Shown: in pieces, positions 1 through 13,177 of the stretch
Layout of the letters: every line of letters begins with the position of its first letter
How positions within the stretch are numbered: position 1 is the stretch's first letter
From: Octopus sinensis
Lineage: Eukaryota
Length of the DNA stretch: 64,000 bases
Reading direction: 5' to 3'
Assembly (NCBI RefSeq): GCF_006345805.1
Contig: NC_043017.1
Coordinates: 18,600,001-18,664,000, forward strand
Made by a program: the position numbers and the translations under genes
The notes under the pieces: generated by a model
The model's database searches: none
What the model was told of the DNA's origin: nothing
What the model saw: the letters and a program-made list of their open reading frames with translations, nothing else

Positions 1-364
1 AATGGCAGTCTTTGTCTGACTAATCTGCTACCAACAACTCATCTGAAACATTTCAAAATTTAATGTCAATTTGGATCCAAAGTTTGCTAATCAGTAGTCT
101 CTAATATTTAATAAAGTTGTCTGGCTGAATGGTCAGCATGCTGGTTGAAATGCTTAACAGCATTCTGTCCATCTTTTCATTCTGTGTTCAGATTCTGCCG
201 AGGTCAACTTAGCCTTTCATTCTTTCAGGGTTGATGAAATAAGTACCAGTTGAATACTGGGGTCCGATGTAATTAACTTAAATTGCTGGCCTTGTACCAA
301 AATTCGAAACCGATAATATTGTTTAGCTTAGATTTCCTTTCCTTAACTGTGGTTCTGTCTTCAG

Positions 365-562
365 GTCTGCTGTGCCGGATCAAAGCTTCTTGTGCAAGAA
401 CCCATTTATGAAGAAATGATCAGCAGACTTAAGAAGCGATTGGATTGTTTTCGCATAGGATCTGGCCAAGACAAAGCCATAGATATGGGTGCCATTGTGA
501 ACGAGAGTCAAAGAAAATCTATTGATTCTTATGTAGAAGAAGCAAGGAACGAAGGAGCCAAG
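365..562 (+). CDS. ALDH16A1: ALDH16A1-like exon (catalytic Cys motif)
   Basis: ttcag|GTC...AAG|gtaag; [12 protein letters not shown]...DMGAIVN...EGAK. Confidence 0.92.
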
Positions 563-1228
563 GTAAGTTTAGTGTTCCTGTCTCTCCCAGTTCCTTTATT
601 CAGGACCATCAAAATATGCTTGTCCCCAATGACCTTTTGATTATGGTGGTGGTGGCAGCGGCAGAAGGTGAGTATTTGAGAGAGTAGACAAATGATTAAC
701 TGAATAAATTGTAATTTCTTGAGCCATTTATTTCCTTGTTTTCCAAATTCATGCAGGTGTATCAACCATTGTTGACGATGCCAAACAAAAGATGTTTCTA
801 TCTACCCACCTTAATTACAGATGTCCAGACAGTCTCCAGAGTTGTTGAAGAAGAGGTAATTTTCTAGCTGTCTTTTATTCTTTTACTGGTTTCAGTCAGT
901 GGATTGTGGCCATGCTGGAGCAGCTCTTCCAACAATTTCAGATGATCTCATCAATCCACCCTGGTACCTATGCTAAGTTTCTGCTTTATACGTGAAGGGA
1001 CAAAACTCGATGCTGGTAACCCCTGCAGAGACTCAAGTACCACCATGTGCACACACACACACACACACACACACACAACAGGCTTCTTTCAGTTTTTGCC
1101 TACCAAATCTACTCAAACACTTTGGTCAGTCTGGGTCTATAGTAGAAGACACTTTCCCAAGATGCCATGCAGTGGGATTGAACCTGAATCCTTATGGTTG
1201 GAAAGCAAACTTCATAACCACTCATACA

Positions 1229-1259
<31 letters not shown>

Positions 1260-4200
1260 GTATATGTATGTGTGTTTGTGCATATATGTACGTATATATG
1301 CGTGTATGTATCTCTCTCTGTATATGTGTGTGTGTGTGTATATGTATGTGTGTTTGTGCATATATGTATGTATATATGCATGTATGTATCTCTCTCTCTG
1401 TATATGTGTGTCTGTGTGTACCCTTATTTCTCTGTATATTTGTAATTTTCTTCCATTCCTACAGATCTTTGGTCCTGTGCTGGTAGCCATGTCTTTCCGT
1501 ACAGCAAAAGAAGCCATCAAATTGGCCAACAACACGATATATGGTCTTGGAGCGAGTGTGTGGACAGAAACCTCAGCTCTTGGTTTAGAAGTGGCATCAG
1601 CCATCCATGCCGGAGCCGTCTGGATCAACTGCCACAACGTGTTTGATGCAGCTGCTGGATTTGGAGGGTTTAAACAGAGTGGTTATGGACGCGATGGTGG
1701 GAAAGAGGTAAGTTCGAGGTAGGAATGGTGTGAGTGTTGTGGGTGAAGAGGGAAGACTAGTGTGGAGGTTGTGGTGATGGTGGGGGAAAATTGTAGTGAA
1801 GTGGTGATGATGGATGATGTTGTTTATTGCTAGAGAAGTAAGACTGGTTGTGGTGGTGATGTTCTGACTGAACAGATCTGTGATCAAAGCTAATCTGGCC
1901 ATGGCCATCCTGTACAAGGAACCCAGGCCAACATTATCCAGCATGTATTTGTTTTAAAGATTGTGGAAATGTGATTTGTGGGAGATTTGACTGATTTGGC
2001 TGCTTTTTCTAGCAGGTCATGCAACCCTGTAGAGCAGCAGTTCTCAACCATTATATTTACCCATGGATCCCCATAGCTATTTGATGCTTAGAAAGGTCCT
2101 ATTTGTATAATTAGGTATTATAAAGAAATGTATTGAAAAAACTTAAAATATTTTGTGTATTGAAGAAATATAAGCATCTGGGCCCCTGTTGAGAACCATT
2201 GATGTAGGGGGATTCTTTATATAAAGGGTTGTGCCTCACCAAGGCAAATGGCCGTGATCGAGACCTTTGGTGTTATGTCATGCTTGAGAAGACCCATCAA
2301 GTCGAGCAAAGTCGCCATCCTGACAGATACAGTGTCATGCAAACTGGCACCCATGCCGGTGGCATGTAAAAGCACCCATTACGCTCTCAGAGTGGTTGGC
2401 ATTAGGAAGGGCATCCAGCCATAGAAAACCATGTCAAATCAGACCTGAGTCTGGTGCAGCCTTCCAGCATGCCAGCCCAGTCAAACTGTCCAACCCATGC
2501 CAGCATGGACAACGGACGTTAAATGATGATGAGGATGAGGATGATATAGGTTACTGGATAAGAGCTAACTTGAGAACTAAAAGAATTATGTAGTAGTTTA
2601 GAAATCTAGAGTGTGTTATTTATGAAATTTTGTAGAAAATCCTTAAGTGAAGTCCCTTGTCTTGTAGGGTTTGTATGAGTATGTGCAACCATCTTGGATG
2701 AATAAACCAAAACATGAAAAAGTTGAAGTTGATATGAAGGCTTTTGGTTCTGCTGAATTCTCTCACTCTTTGCCAGGCAACCAAAGTGTAATTCCACCCA
2801 ACACTGATCTTACAACAGCACCAAGGTATGAAGAAATTCTTTGAGAGAATGTGAAGCAATTCATTGTTGGAATGATGGCATTTGAAGCAAATCAGGTTAA
2901 AGATAAGAGTGCAAATATTAGGGATATGTCAGGGGTAAGGATTTTGCTTCCCAACCACATGGTTCCTGGTTCAGTCCCATTGTGTGCCACCTCGGGCAAG
3001 TATCTTCTATAGCCCAAGGCTGACTAAAGCCTTGTGAATGGATTTGGTAGCTGGAAACTGAAAGAAGCCTATCATATATGTGTGTGTGTGTCTGTCTGTG
3101 TATGCATTTGTGCCCCACCTCCAGTTGACAACTGGCATTGGTGTGTCCCTGTAATTTATGGTTTGGCAAAAGTAACCTATAGATTAAGTATCAGGTTTTT
3201 AAAAAAAAATAAATCCTGGGGTCAATTCCTTCAACTAAAATTCTTTAAGGCAATGCCCCAGCATGGCCAGAGTCTAATGACTGAAACTAGTAAAAGATAA
3301 ATGATAAAGAATAGTTTCTAAAATGGATAAAGAAATTTGAAGGATTGCTTTGGTCCTGTGGTAGAACATCTATCATGTTCGCAAAAGTTTTGGGTTCAAG
3401 CCCCCAGACAGCCTTTGATTTTTTTTTTTTAATCCAAAAGAGGGGTTTTTCAACCTAATATCTACACTCTTGCCTATAGCTTTATTTGCTTCAAGACCTG
3501 ACGTGTCCAAGAAATAAAACAGTTCTGTACAAAGTTGAAGCTTGGAATTTGCAATATTGTTTTTATTCCATAGTTTACAATTGTTTCAACAACTCCAAAG
3601 TGACTAATCCTGCGTCATGTTTATAAACCTGTCTTTTATTATTTGTACTCAATGATGGAAAAGTAATATGCAGGTTTTCCGTTTTTCTGTTCATTTGCGA
3701 AAATTCCATACAGGAATATCTCCCTTTCAATTCTGACCTGGCCACAATCTGCCGAAGTGCTATCCAAGATAAACACCTGGAGCTGAGTTAAAGATTTTGA
3801 GCTTGACAGAGTTAAGCACGCTGACATAGAAAGAAAATTTCATAAATGCAATACTGGTATCAATAGCATTGCAAGAGTTTCTCATCCCTTCTTGAAAAGT
3901 TCTTTATACACAGAGGAAGTCCTCAGTATTTTAAAATACTCAGCTGTATTTTAAAAACTTGCGAAATATTTCACTTGAGTTTGTTGAATCTAGCAATGAT
4001 TTGTTGGGAATTGGTTAGAAATGAAGACAACCCTAAAGTATACAATTTATAAAATAAGACAGATATGTTTCTGTGCTGTAAAGAAAAATAAGTTGTGAGG
4101 TCTTGAAGGTGTCCATCAGCCATTTAAAGTGAGTTGTGAGGGTTCATTGAAAGCCCTTTATCAGTCATTAAAAATGAATTATGAGGGTTAACTGAGAGCC

Positions 4201-4891
4201 TTTAATCAACCATTAAAAGTGGATTTTAGGGACTCTTTTATCAGCCATTAAAGGTGAGTTGTGAGGGTTCGCTGAGGGTAATTTAATCAGCCATTAAAGG
4301 TGAGTTATGAGGGTTCACTGAGGGCCCTTTCTCTGACACATAAACATTGTTTTTTTTTATTTATTTGTTCATTAATTTATGTTTTTGTTCTCCTTTTAAA
4401 ATATTCTTTTTATTTGTTTTCAGTGTTGACAGAACTTACAAATTGTATTACGGGGGAGGTCAGAAGCGTCCAGATGGTCAGGCCTCTCGCACCATCTTCA
4501 ACAACTCTGGGAAAATGGTTGGTGTGGTTCCAGAAAGCAACCGCAAGGATGTCCGCAATGCTGTGGAAGCTGCACAGAAAGCTGCCCCTGGGTATTGTTC
4601 AGTTTTTGCATTTTTATCAGCTTGGCTGCATCTAGGGTTGAGCAATATCTGAGTGATCTATCTGGTCAGGTGGACGAAGGCTGACCTAGGGTTAAACAAC
4701 ATTTGCATACTATGTTGCGTAGAACAGCTTTGACTATAAATCTGCTGGATCAGGTCTGACCCAGGGCTAAATAACAAAGAAGCACACAGTTGCAATATTT
4801 GGGTGTGCGTATATGTATATATTATACAATCTCATATATATATATATATATATATGCATATACGTATATATACCACACTCATATATATATA

Positions 4892-4947
<56 letters not shown>

Positions 4948-5027
4948 TAATATATATATATATATAATATATATATTATAGTTATATATATAATGTATAT
5001 ATATATATATATATTATGTATATGTAT

Positions 5028-5106
<79 letters not shown>

Positions 5107-5513
5107 ATATATATATATATATATATATGATATATATATATATGTATGTATATATATATGTATGTGTATATCTATGTATGTGTATATGTATGTATGTGTA
5201 TATGTATGTATGTGTATATGTATGTATGTGTATGTGTATGTATGTGTATGGTATGTGTGTGTATGTGTATGTGTGTGTATGTGTATGTGTGTGTATGTGT
5301 ATGTGTGTGTATGTGTGTGTGTATGTATGTATGTGTGTGTGTATGTATCTGTGTGTGTATGTATCTGTGTGTGTATGTATATGTGTGTGTATGTATATGT
5401 GTGTGTATGTATATGTGTGTGTATGTGTATGTATGTATATGTGTATATGTATGTATATGTGTATATGTATGTATATGTGTATATGTATGTATATGTGTAT
5501 ATGTATGTATATG

Positions 5514-5550
<37 letters not shown>

Positions 5551-7679
5551 ATGTATATGTATATGTGTATATGTATATGTATATGTGTATATGTATATGT
5601 ATATGTGTATATGTATATGTGTATATGTATATATATGTGTATATGTATATATATGTGTATATGTATATATATGTGTATATGTATATATATGTGTATATGT
5701 GTATATGTATATATGTGTATATATGTATATATGTGTATATATGTATATATGTGTATATATATATATATATGTGTATATATATATATATATGTGTATATAT
5801 ATATATATATGTGTATATGTATATATATATGTATATATGTATATATATATGTATATATGTATATATATGTATATATATGTATATATGTATATATATGTAT
5901 ATATGTATATATGTATGTGTATTATATATGTTATATTGATGTGTATATAATATATATATATATTAATATATATATATATATATATATACTTGATACTTTG
6001 ATACTTTGATAGGTTTCGGCCATTATTGGCCCAGGCCATGTCTAACTTAATAGCACCACCTGGTGAAGTCTTTCAAGTCAGAATTTGGGCACTATGGCCC
6101 ACTCAAGTAGAGAGTTATTGTTTACAGAGACATATCCGGGTGTAGGGGGTTTATCCGGGATTTCTTGAAGGAATCTGTCCAAAGACTTCTTGAACCCTAT
6201 AGGGTCAGTTTCTGTTTTAATGTGTTTTGGTGTAATGTTAAAGAGAGCGGGGCCAATTGAGGTGAAATAATTGTGCCGTATTGTTGTTATGAGATGAGAG
6301 TGCGATTTTTGTTTTGGGCGGATGGCACGGGGCCCAAGCCTTGGATGTACCTTAAAGGTGATGCCAACATCATTTGGGCAATGCTGATGGAATATTTTCC
6401 ACATCATGCAGATGATAAAGCGCTCACGACGACGTTGGAGAGAATAGAGTTTTAGCTTTTCTAGCCGACCCCAATAGTCGAGGCCTGTCATGCCATCTAT
6501 CTTTTTTGTGATTGCCCTTTGAGGTGCTTCAACTTTTATGATACCTTGTATTGTGTGGGGAGACCACAGTGGACAACAGTATTCAAGGTGGGGTCGGGCA
6601 AAAGTGGAGAAGAGAAGGATAATGGTGTGGATATCTCTCGACTGGAAAGTTCTGAGAATCCAGGAACACATTCTGCGGGCCATGTCAACTTTGGTGTTTA
6701 TATGAGTGGCCCAGCTTACGTTGTTGTCCACAATTACTCCCAAGTCTCTGATGTTGTTGGACGCCGCGAGAGTTTCACCTGAAGGAAGGGAGTATGGGAG
6801 TTTCAGGGCATCCTCTTTTCCAAAGTGGATTAGCTCAAATTTATCCTCGTTCAGCAGCATATTGTTTTTTTCTGCCCATTGGATAACAGCCAGTAGATCT
6901 GACTGAAGGCATGTCCGGTCACTCGCCTCATTTATGACCTTCTGTAGCTTGGAGTCATCTGCAAAGATTTTTATGTTGCTGTGCTTGATGATGTCATTAA
7001 TGTTATTAATGTAAATGATGAAAAGAAGTGGGCCCAGCACAGTGCCTTGCGGAACGCCACTACTGACTTTGGCTGGGCTTGATTTTACCCCTTCAACTAC
7101 AACATGTTGAGATCTGTCTGTCAGGAAACACTTAATCCATTTCAGTAACTTTCCAGAGACACCAATGTTGGATAGTTTTTTCGATAGGATCTTGTGATCG
7201 ACCCTGTCGAAGGCCTTACTGAAATCAAGGTAGATGACATCGGTGTTGGAGCCCTCTCCCAAAGCTCTCAAAATGTCCTCAAAGTGATGCAGGAGCTGCG
7301 TTAGGCAGTCCCTTCCATTACAGAACCCATGTTGGTTGAAGATCAGCCGTCTGTTGCTTTCCAGAAATTGGGTTATTCGAGATCTCACCACCCTCTCAAA
7401 TACCTTGATGATATGAGAGGTGAGTGAGATCGGACGGTAATTCACTGCAAGGGACTTGTTTCCTTTTGAAAACTGGGACAACAGACTGGGACAGAAGGTT
7501 TTTGGAATATAGCCAGCATCCAGTGAGTTTCTCCACAGATTAGCAAGGGGAGATGCAAGTTGGTGTCGACACACCTTCAGGACACAAGCATATGTATATA
7601 TGTATGTGGTATATATATATATAATGTATATATGTATGTGTATCTATATATATATTATATATATATATATGTATATATG

Positions 7680-7718
<39 letters not shown>

Positions 7719-7720
7719 GT

Positions 7721-7765
<45 letters not shown>

Positions 7766-7773
7766 GTATATAT

Positions 7774-7820
<47 letters not shown>

Positions 7821-7911
7821 GTATATATATATATATATATATATAATGTATATATGTAGTGTATATATATATATATATATTATATATATATAATATATAT
7901 ATATGTATATG

Positions 7912-7957
<46 letters not shown>

Positions 7958-7965
7958 GTATGTAG

Positions 7966-8008
<43 letters not shown>

Positions 8009-8019
8009 TATTGTATGTG

Positions 8020-8065
<46 letters not shown>

Positions 8066-8110
8066 GTATATATATAATATATATATATATATATGTAGAT
8101 ATGTATGTGT

Positions 8111-8143
<33 letters not shown>

Positions 8144-8160
8144 ATTTATGTGTATATATA

Positions 8161-8192
<32 letters not shown>

Positions 8193-8656
8193 GTATATAT
8201 GTATGTGTATATATTATATATATCTATATATATCTATATATATATAATATAATATTTATATATGTATGTATATATATATGTATATATGTATGTGTATATA
8301 TATATATATATATATGTATGTGTATATATATATATGTATGTGTATATATATATATATGTATGTGTATATATATGTATATATGTATGTGTATATATATATA
8401 TATGTATATATGTATGTGTATATATATATATATGTATATATGTATGTGTATATATATATGTATATAAGTATATGTATATATGTATGTGTATATATATATG
8501 TATATATGTATGTGTATATATATATATATTATATATATGTATATATGTATGTGTATATATATATGTATATAGTATGTGTATATATATATATATTATATAT
8601 GTATATATGTATGTGTATATATATATATTATATATATATGTATAATGTATGTGTAT

Positions 8657-8687
<31 letters not shown>

Positions 8688-8729
8688 GTATATATATATA
8701 TATGTATATATGTATGTGTATATATATAT

Positions 8730-8763
<34 letters not shown>

Positions 8764-10826
8764 AATTTACAGTGGATGGATAGGTGTCATAAGGTTTGGT
8801 TTTTTGTTTTTGCAAAAAGAAAAAAAAACCTTAGGACACCTGTTGTTATTTATTCAAGATTGACCTCACAATCTTGGGGTTAGCAGCCTGCACACCTACT
8901 CATTATGTTATATGCCCATGACCAATTATAGAGTGAATTTTAGGGCTTATAAACCTAATATTTTTGTATCCTTAATGCTGGTTCCCCATATTCTTTGTGT
9001 GTGTGAGCATGCATGCATGTGTATGTGTGTATGTATACATATGTATGTATGCCTATGTATGTGTATGTATGTATGCGTATGTATGTATGTATGCATATGT
9101 ATATATGTATGTGTATGTATGTATATATATATATATGTGTGTGTGTATATGTATATGTGTGTGCGTGTGTATATGTATATGTGTGTGCGTGTGTGTAAAT
9201 GTATATGTGTGTGTGTCCATTGGTAAAAAAAAATGGTTGAGTAACACAGATTTAAACATAACCTTGGAATTTCAGTCTTTTTGAGGGGAAGAAAATAAAG
9301 GACCATTAACTGGAAGGGTCAACAGATTGTCCTTCTTAGGGTGTTCCAAAGCCTTTAATTTCAGTGTCCTTAATGCTAATATTTTAGTGTGTGTAATTGC
9401 TCTTGAATTTTCATGCTGGGTTTTCTTTCAGCTGGGCCAACAAGACCTCACGTCTACGCTCACAGATCATGTATTACATTGCCGAGAACCTAGGCGTTCG
9501 TGGTGACGAGAATGCTAAACTTTTACATGAAATGACTGGTCGGGAGATGAATGATTGTCTCAATGAAGTTCAGTTGTCCATAGAACGGTTGTTTCACTGG
9601 GCAGCCTACTGTGACAAATATGGTGGTACTGTGCAGGTAAGAATGTCAGCTTTGTTAAATATTGGAATTGTTGTATTTCTTGGACCTCTTTATTGTGGTT
9701 GTTTTTGTTGTTTAGTCCCCTAAGTTGGCCCTGAATTTTAAAATTAGTCAGAAGAGGAAGGACCAGTCTTGTTACCCTTTTCTGAGGCTCCTGAGATACA
9801 TGGTTTGAAAGCGGGGACATTATCTTTGGAGTGGGGCTGGCAGAATTGTTACCACTCTATGCAAAATGCTTAGCGGCATTTCATCCATCATTAAGTTCAA
9901 ATTCCGCCAAGGTTGACTTTGCCTTTCATCCTTTTGGGGGTTGATGTAACTAACTTAGCCCTTCCCGCAAAATCGCTGGCCTTGTACCATAATTTGAAAC
10001 CATTATTTTTCTTCCAGGAAACCACTCTCTATGGTTTGACCGTTAAAATCCACCAAGCCGTTGGTGTTGTGGGAATTGCTTGCCCTGATGAGAATCCACT
10101 GCTTAGTTTTGTATCCCTGTTTGCTCCTGCTTTTGCCCGGGGTAATGTCACAGTCATTGTCCCAAGTGAGAAACATCCCCTGTCTGCTATGAACATGTAC
10201 CAGGTAACCTGTCTTTACAATTTATATATATTTATTCACTTTGGCTTCAAGAACTGGAATTTGCAGCTGTTTAATGAAGATGTGAGGTGTGGATTTTTGG
10301 GGGTGAAATGTTGATGACTTAAGTGTGTGTGTGTGTGTGTAGGACTTTCATGAGAGGGTTGTGAAGGCTAGTATGTGTTGAGGGCATCCTGAGTGCCATG
10401 AGGGCTTTCTTGAGTGTGTGGTGAAAGCAGTTTTTGAGTGGGCGTTTAGGGCTTTCATAAGTGTGTGTTGAGGGCTTCTCTGTGTCGTGATTTTATTTTT
10501 TACCTTCTTTTGATCTCTTTCTACAGATATTTGACACATCAGACGTTCCTGCTGGAGTCATTAATTTGCTGTCTGGTAACAGAGACCATATTTCCAAATA
10601 CCTCACAGAGCACCACAATGTTCAAGCCATATGGTATTTTGGAACTGCTGAAGGATCAGCATTTGTTGAATTCACTTCAGCAATAAACTGCAAGAGAACC
10701 TTTGTAAATTATGGTCAGCCACGAGATTGGACTGACTCTGAGCAAGGCCAAGGAGAAGAATTTCTTTACCATTCCATTCAATGCAAGAACATTTGGCTAC
10801 CAATGGGTGACATTTTTGCCAACTAA
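365..10826 (+). CDS. ALDH16A1: Aldehyde dehydrogenase family 16 (ALDH16A1-like), 3' part; 8 exons in window, 5' exons upstream of window
   Basis: Exons 365-562, 757-855, 1465-1707, 2668-2825, 4424-4591, 9432-9636, 10018-10203 and 10527-10826 join with GT-AG introns and consistent phases (1557 nt). Motifs [34 protein letters not shown], then the ALDH16-type extra C-terminal domain ([56 protein letters not shown]). Confidence 0.93.
757..855 (+). CDS. ALDH16A1: ALDH16A1-like exon
   Basis: tgcag|GTG...GAG|gtaat; VYQP...[20 protein letters not shown]. Confidence 0.9.
1465..1707 (+). CDS. ALDH16A1: ALDH16A1-like exon
   Basis: tacag|ATC...GAG|gtaag; IFGPVLV...[13 protein letters not shown]...[16 protein letters not shown]. 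Confidence 0.95.
2668..2825 (+). CDS. ALDH16A1: ALDH16A1-like exon (linker to C-terminal domain)
   Basis: tgtag|GGT...AG|gtatg; [14 protein letters not shown]..., phase 2 matches next exon. Confidence 0.88.
4095..4330. repeat. Degenerate ~45-bp tandem repeat, about 5 copies
   Basis: Recurring atcagccattaaaggtgagttgtgagggttc. Confidence 0.75.
4424..4591 (+). CDS. ALDH16A1: ALDH16A1-like exon
   Basis: ttcag|T GTT GAC...GG|gtatt; [18 protein letters not shown]...[17 protein letters not shown]. Confidence 0.92.
4825..5988. repeat. Compound (TA)n/(TG)n/(TATATG)n microsatellite
   Basis: Directly visible. Confidence 0.97.
5986..7590 (-). mobile_element. 5'-truncated non-LTR retrotransposon (CR1/L2 group LINE); RT plus C-terminus of ORF2 open at 6078-7574
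   Basis: [64 protein letters not shown]. Short 3' UTR and (ATCAAAGT)n tail. No endonuclease domain. Flanked by (TA)n on both sides. Confidence 0.93.
7591..8762. repeat. Compound (TA)n/(TATG)n microsatellite
   Basis: Directly visible. Confidence 0.97.
9432..9636 (+). CDS. ALDH16A1: ALDH16A1-like exon
   Basis: ttcag|C TGG...CAG|gtaag; [20 protein letters not shown]...[12 protein letters not shown]. Confidence 0.92.
10018..10203 (+). CDS. ALDH16A1: ALDH16A1-like exon
   Basis: tccag|GAA...CAG|gtaac; ETTLYG...[24 protein letters not shown]...PSEKHPL. Confidence 0.92.
10527..10826 (+). CDS. ALDH16A1: ALDH16A1-like last coding exon
   Basis: tacag|ATA; [17 protein letters not shown]...[13 protein letters not shown]. 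Confidence 0.93.
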   Translation: MFDTSDVPAGVINLLSGNRDHISKYLTEHHNVQAIWYFGTAEGSAFVEFTSAINCKRTFVNYGQPRDWTDSEQGQGEEFLYHSIQCKNIWLPMGDIFAN

Positions 10827-13142
10827 AGTCACATCTTGTACATGTTTCTTTCTTTAATGTTTTGATGCAGTTCCATCATGTCAGAATATTTCAGTCTTTT
10901 TTTGTGCCAATATTTGATACCAATTTGTCATCTTTTAGAATTGGTTTGATCCCAATTTGATATCCTGCCAAATAAGCTGTGAGTTAGGTATCTAGTCAAA
11001 TTGGTAAGATAGCTGTTTGATATCTTGCCAAATAGGTAAGATAGCAGTTTGGTATGTTGTCAAGTTGGTAAGAAATCAGTTTGGTATCTTAGCAAATATA
11101 AATCCATGTTGACAAAGTCAATCAGATGACAGAGCGAGTGTTTCTGTTATTTTGATGGAAATTGTGCTGAAGACTATTCAAAGTTTTGTTTAAAAAAATC
11201 ACTTTTTTTTCCTGTTTTCTATTTGAGAGAATATAAGCCATATTTTAGAATATAAGGTGTATTTTTGGAATATATTTCGAAAATAAAGTATATTTTTAAA
11301 ATCTTCACAGACTTTTCCAGTATATTCAGTCTCAATGCGTGGACCTTGGGCAAATGTCTTCTGCCTTGGGAGCAGATTTTCAGATGCCCATTGTGTATGC
11401 TTGCATGTGTGTATCATCATCATCATCATTTAAAATCTGTTTTCCATGCTGGGATGGGTTGGACCGTTTGACAGGACATAAGAGGGCCATAATGCTGTGC
11501 CAAGCTCCAGTATCAAATCTGGCATATTTTCCTAAAACCAACCACTTTACAATGTATACTTGGTGCTTTTGTCTGTGCCACTGACACAGAGCCCTCATGG
11601 GAGGGGTGGAGGCAGGTGGGTCAAGTACTGAGAGGCTGAAGTATAGATAAAGGAACCAAGCTTTAGAGATGGTCTTGGCATTGCATGAGAAGCTGTTAGT
11701 AAGAGTTACTACCATCCAAATAGTGTTCCTCAATTCCAGGCTTTCATGGAAAAATCCTCTGGCCAAGGGGAAAACATTACTTTACTTGGCAACGAGGTAG
11801 GATTTGCTTCAGGAAGGGTTTCCAGCTGTAGAAAATCTACTTCAATAAATTCCTTCTGACCCATGCAAGCATGAAAAAGTGGAAGTAAAGATGATGATGG
11901 TTCAACGTTTGAAAACTGAAAAAACAGATAAAAGCCACAATAGCATTTCAGCTTTAACATTCCTGTCCCACAACACTTCCATTAATCATCATAAAATTCA
12001 TAGTTGTGAGCTTGTTAATTAGAAACAATGTGAATAAATAATAAATTAGCATTCAGATTATTCTGACAAAATAATCTGAATGCTAAAGGGTTAATAACAT
12101 TTAATTAAGAAAACAGTCTTGGATATAACTAGACAGGTAGCAGTAATTCAGTTGATCAAAGTGAATTGCACCAACTTAGAGATGAATAAATACTTTAATA
12201 TTTGGACATTGTTGTCTTTATTTTTTTAGTTTTTTTTTAATAGAAATTTCATAGAATTTTATTTAAAAATGTGGTTTTTTTTACAATCTGTTAAAAAGTC
12301 ATTAAATGTTTCATATGAATAAAAATACAAACATACATTATATACACTAATTCATACATACATATGTGTGTGCATGCATGTTCGTTTTATATATATTTCA
12401 AGCCCTATTAGGTCAAAGCTTATTCCAGTCTCTGTGGTGGAGAAGAATCGTCCCAGATGGGGACATCAGATCAGTGCAGGTTTAACCCTCCAGCAGCCTT
12501 AGGAGCCTAATTTTAGCTAGGTAGACCAAACCAATGTGAAACAAAGCATCTTGCTCAAGGTTATAATGTGCCACCTGATTCAAGTCACAATTAGTGAACT
12601 TTACCCCAAATTCTCCAACTACTTCGTCACACACCCTCACATACACACATGTCCCTACCTATGGCTAGCTCCTTTTAATCTTTTCTGTTCTGTGGAATTC
12701 CCACATGTCCTACTAGTTATTATTATATTTTTATTATCTATATGATAATATACTTGTTTATTTGTCCGTTATACTTTAGTGAGAGAGAGAGAGGAGAGGA
12801 AGAAATGGGAGTAGAGCAGAAAGAAGAGATGGGGTATAATAATATTCTAAGGCCAAATGCATCATGTAGTTAGTTGAGTGGTGAAGAGTGAGAGAGAAGT
12901 GTTAATGACATGCTGTAAGGTAGAAAGGTGAAAAGAGAGAAAAGACATGAATCATTCCATGGTTAAAAAGTTTGTTGAAGAGGTCGAGAAAGAGAGAGAA
13001 ATTTAAAGTGCTTAGCAGGGAGAAATTTTAAAACAGCTAAATAAAAATGAAAGAATAAGTACTAGGCTTACAAAGAATAAGTTCTGGGGTCAATTTGTTA
13101 GACTGAAGGCGGGGCCACAGTCAAATGACTGAAACAAGTAAA

Positions 13143-13177
<35 letters not shown>

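Noticed and set aside
6078-7574. Domesticated RT gene or autonomous LINE
   Set aside because: It is 5'-truncated with no endonuclease, ORF1 or true start codon, and ends in a LINE-type repeat tail.
4790-9306. Many long ORFs rich in Y/I/C/V/M/H/T (also near 19.8-20.5, 28.2-28.9, 31.7-32.4, 45.1-45.7 and 55.0-55.6 kb)
   Set aside because: They are translations of (TA)n, (TG)n and (TATG)n microsatellites, which lack stop codons.
365-10826. Cephalopod omega-crystallin or an ALDH1/2 gene, or two tandem ALDH genes
   Set aside because: The frame continues past GLYEY into the ALDH16-type C-terminal domain with consistent splice phases, giving one ALDH16 gene.
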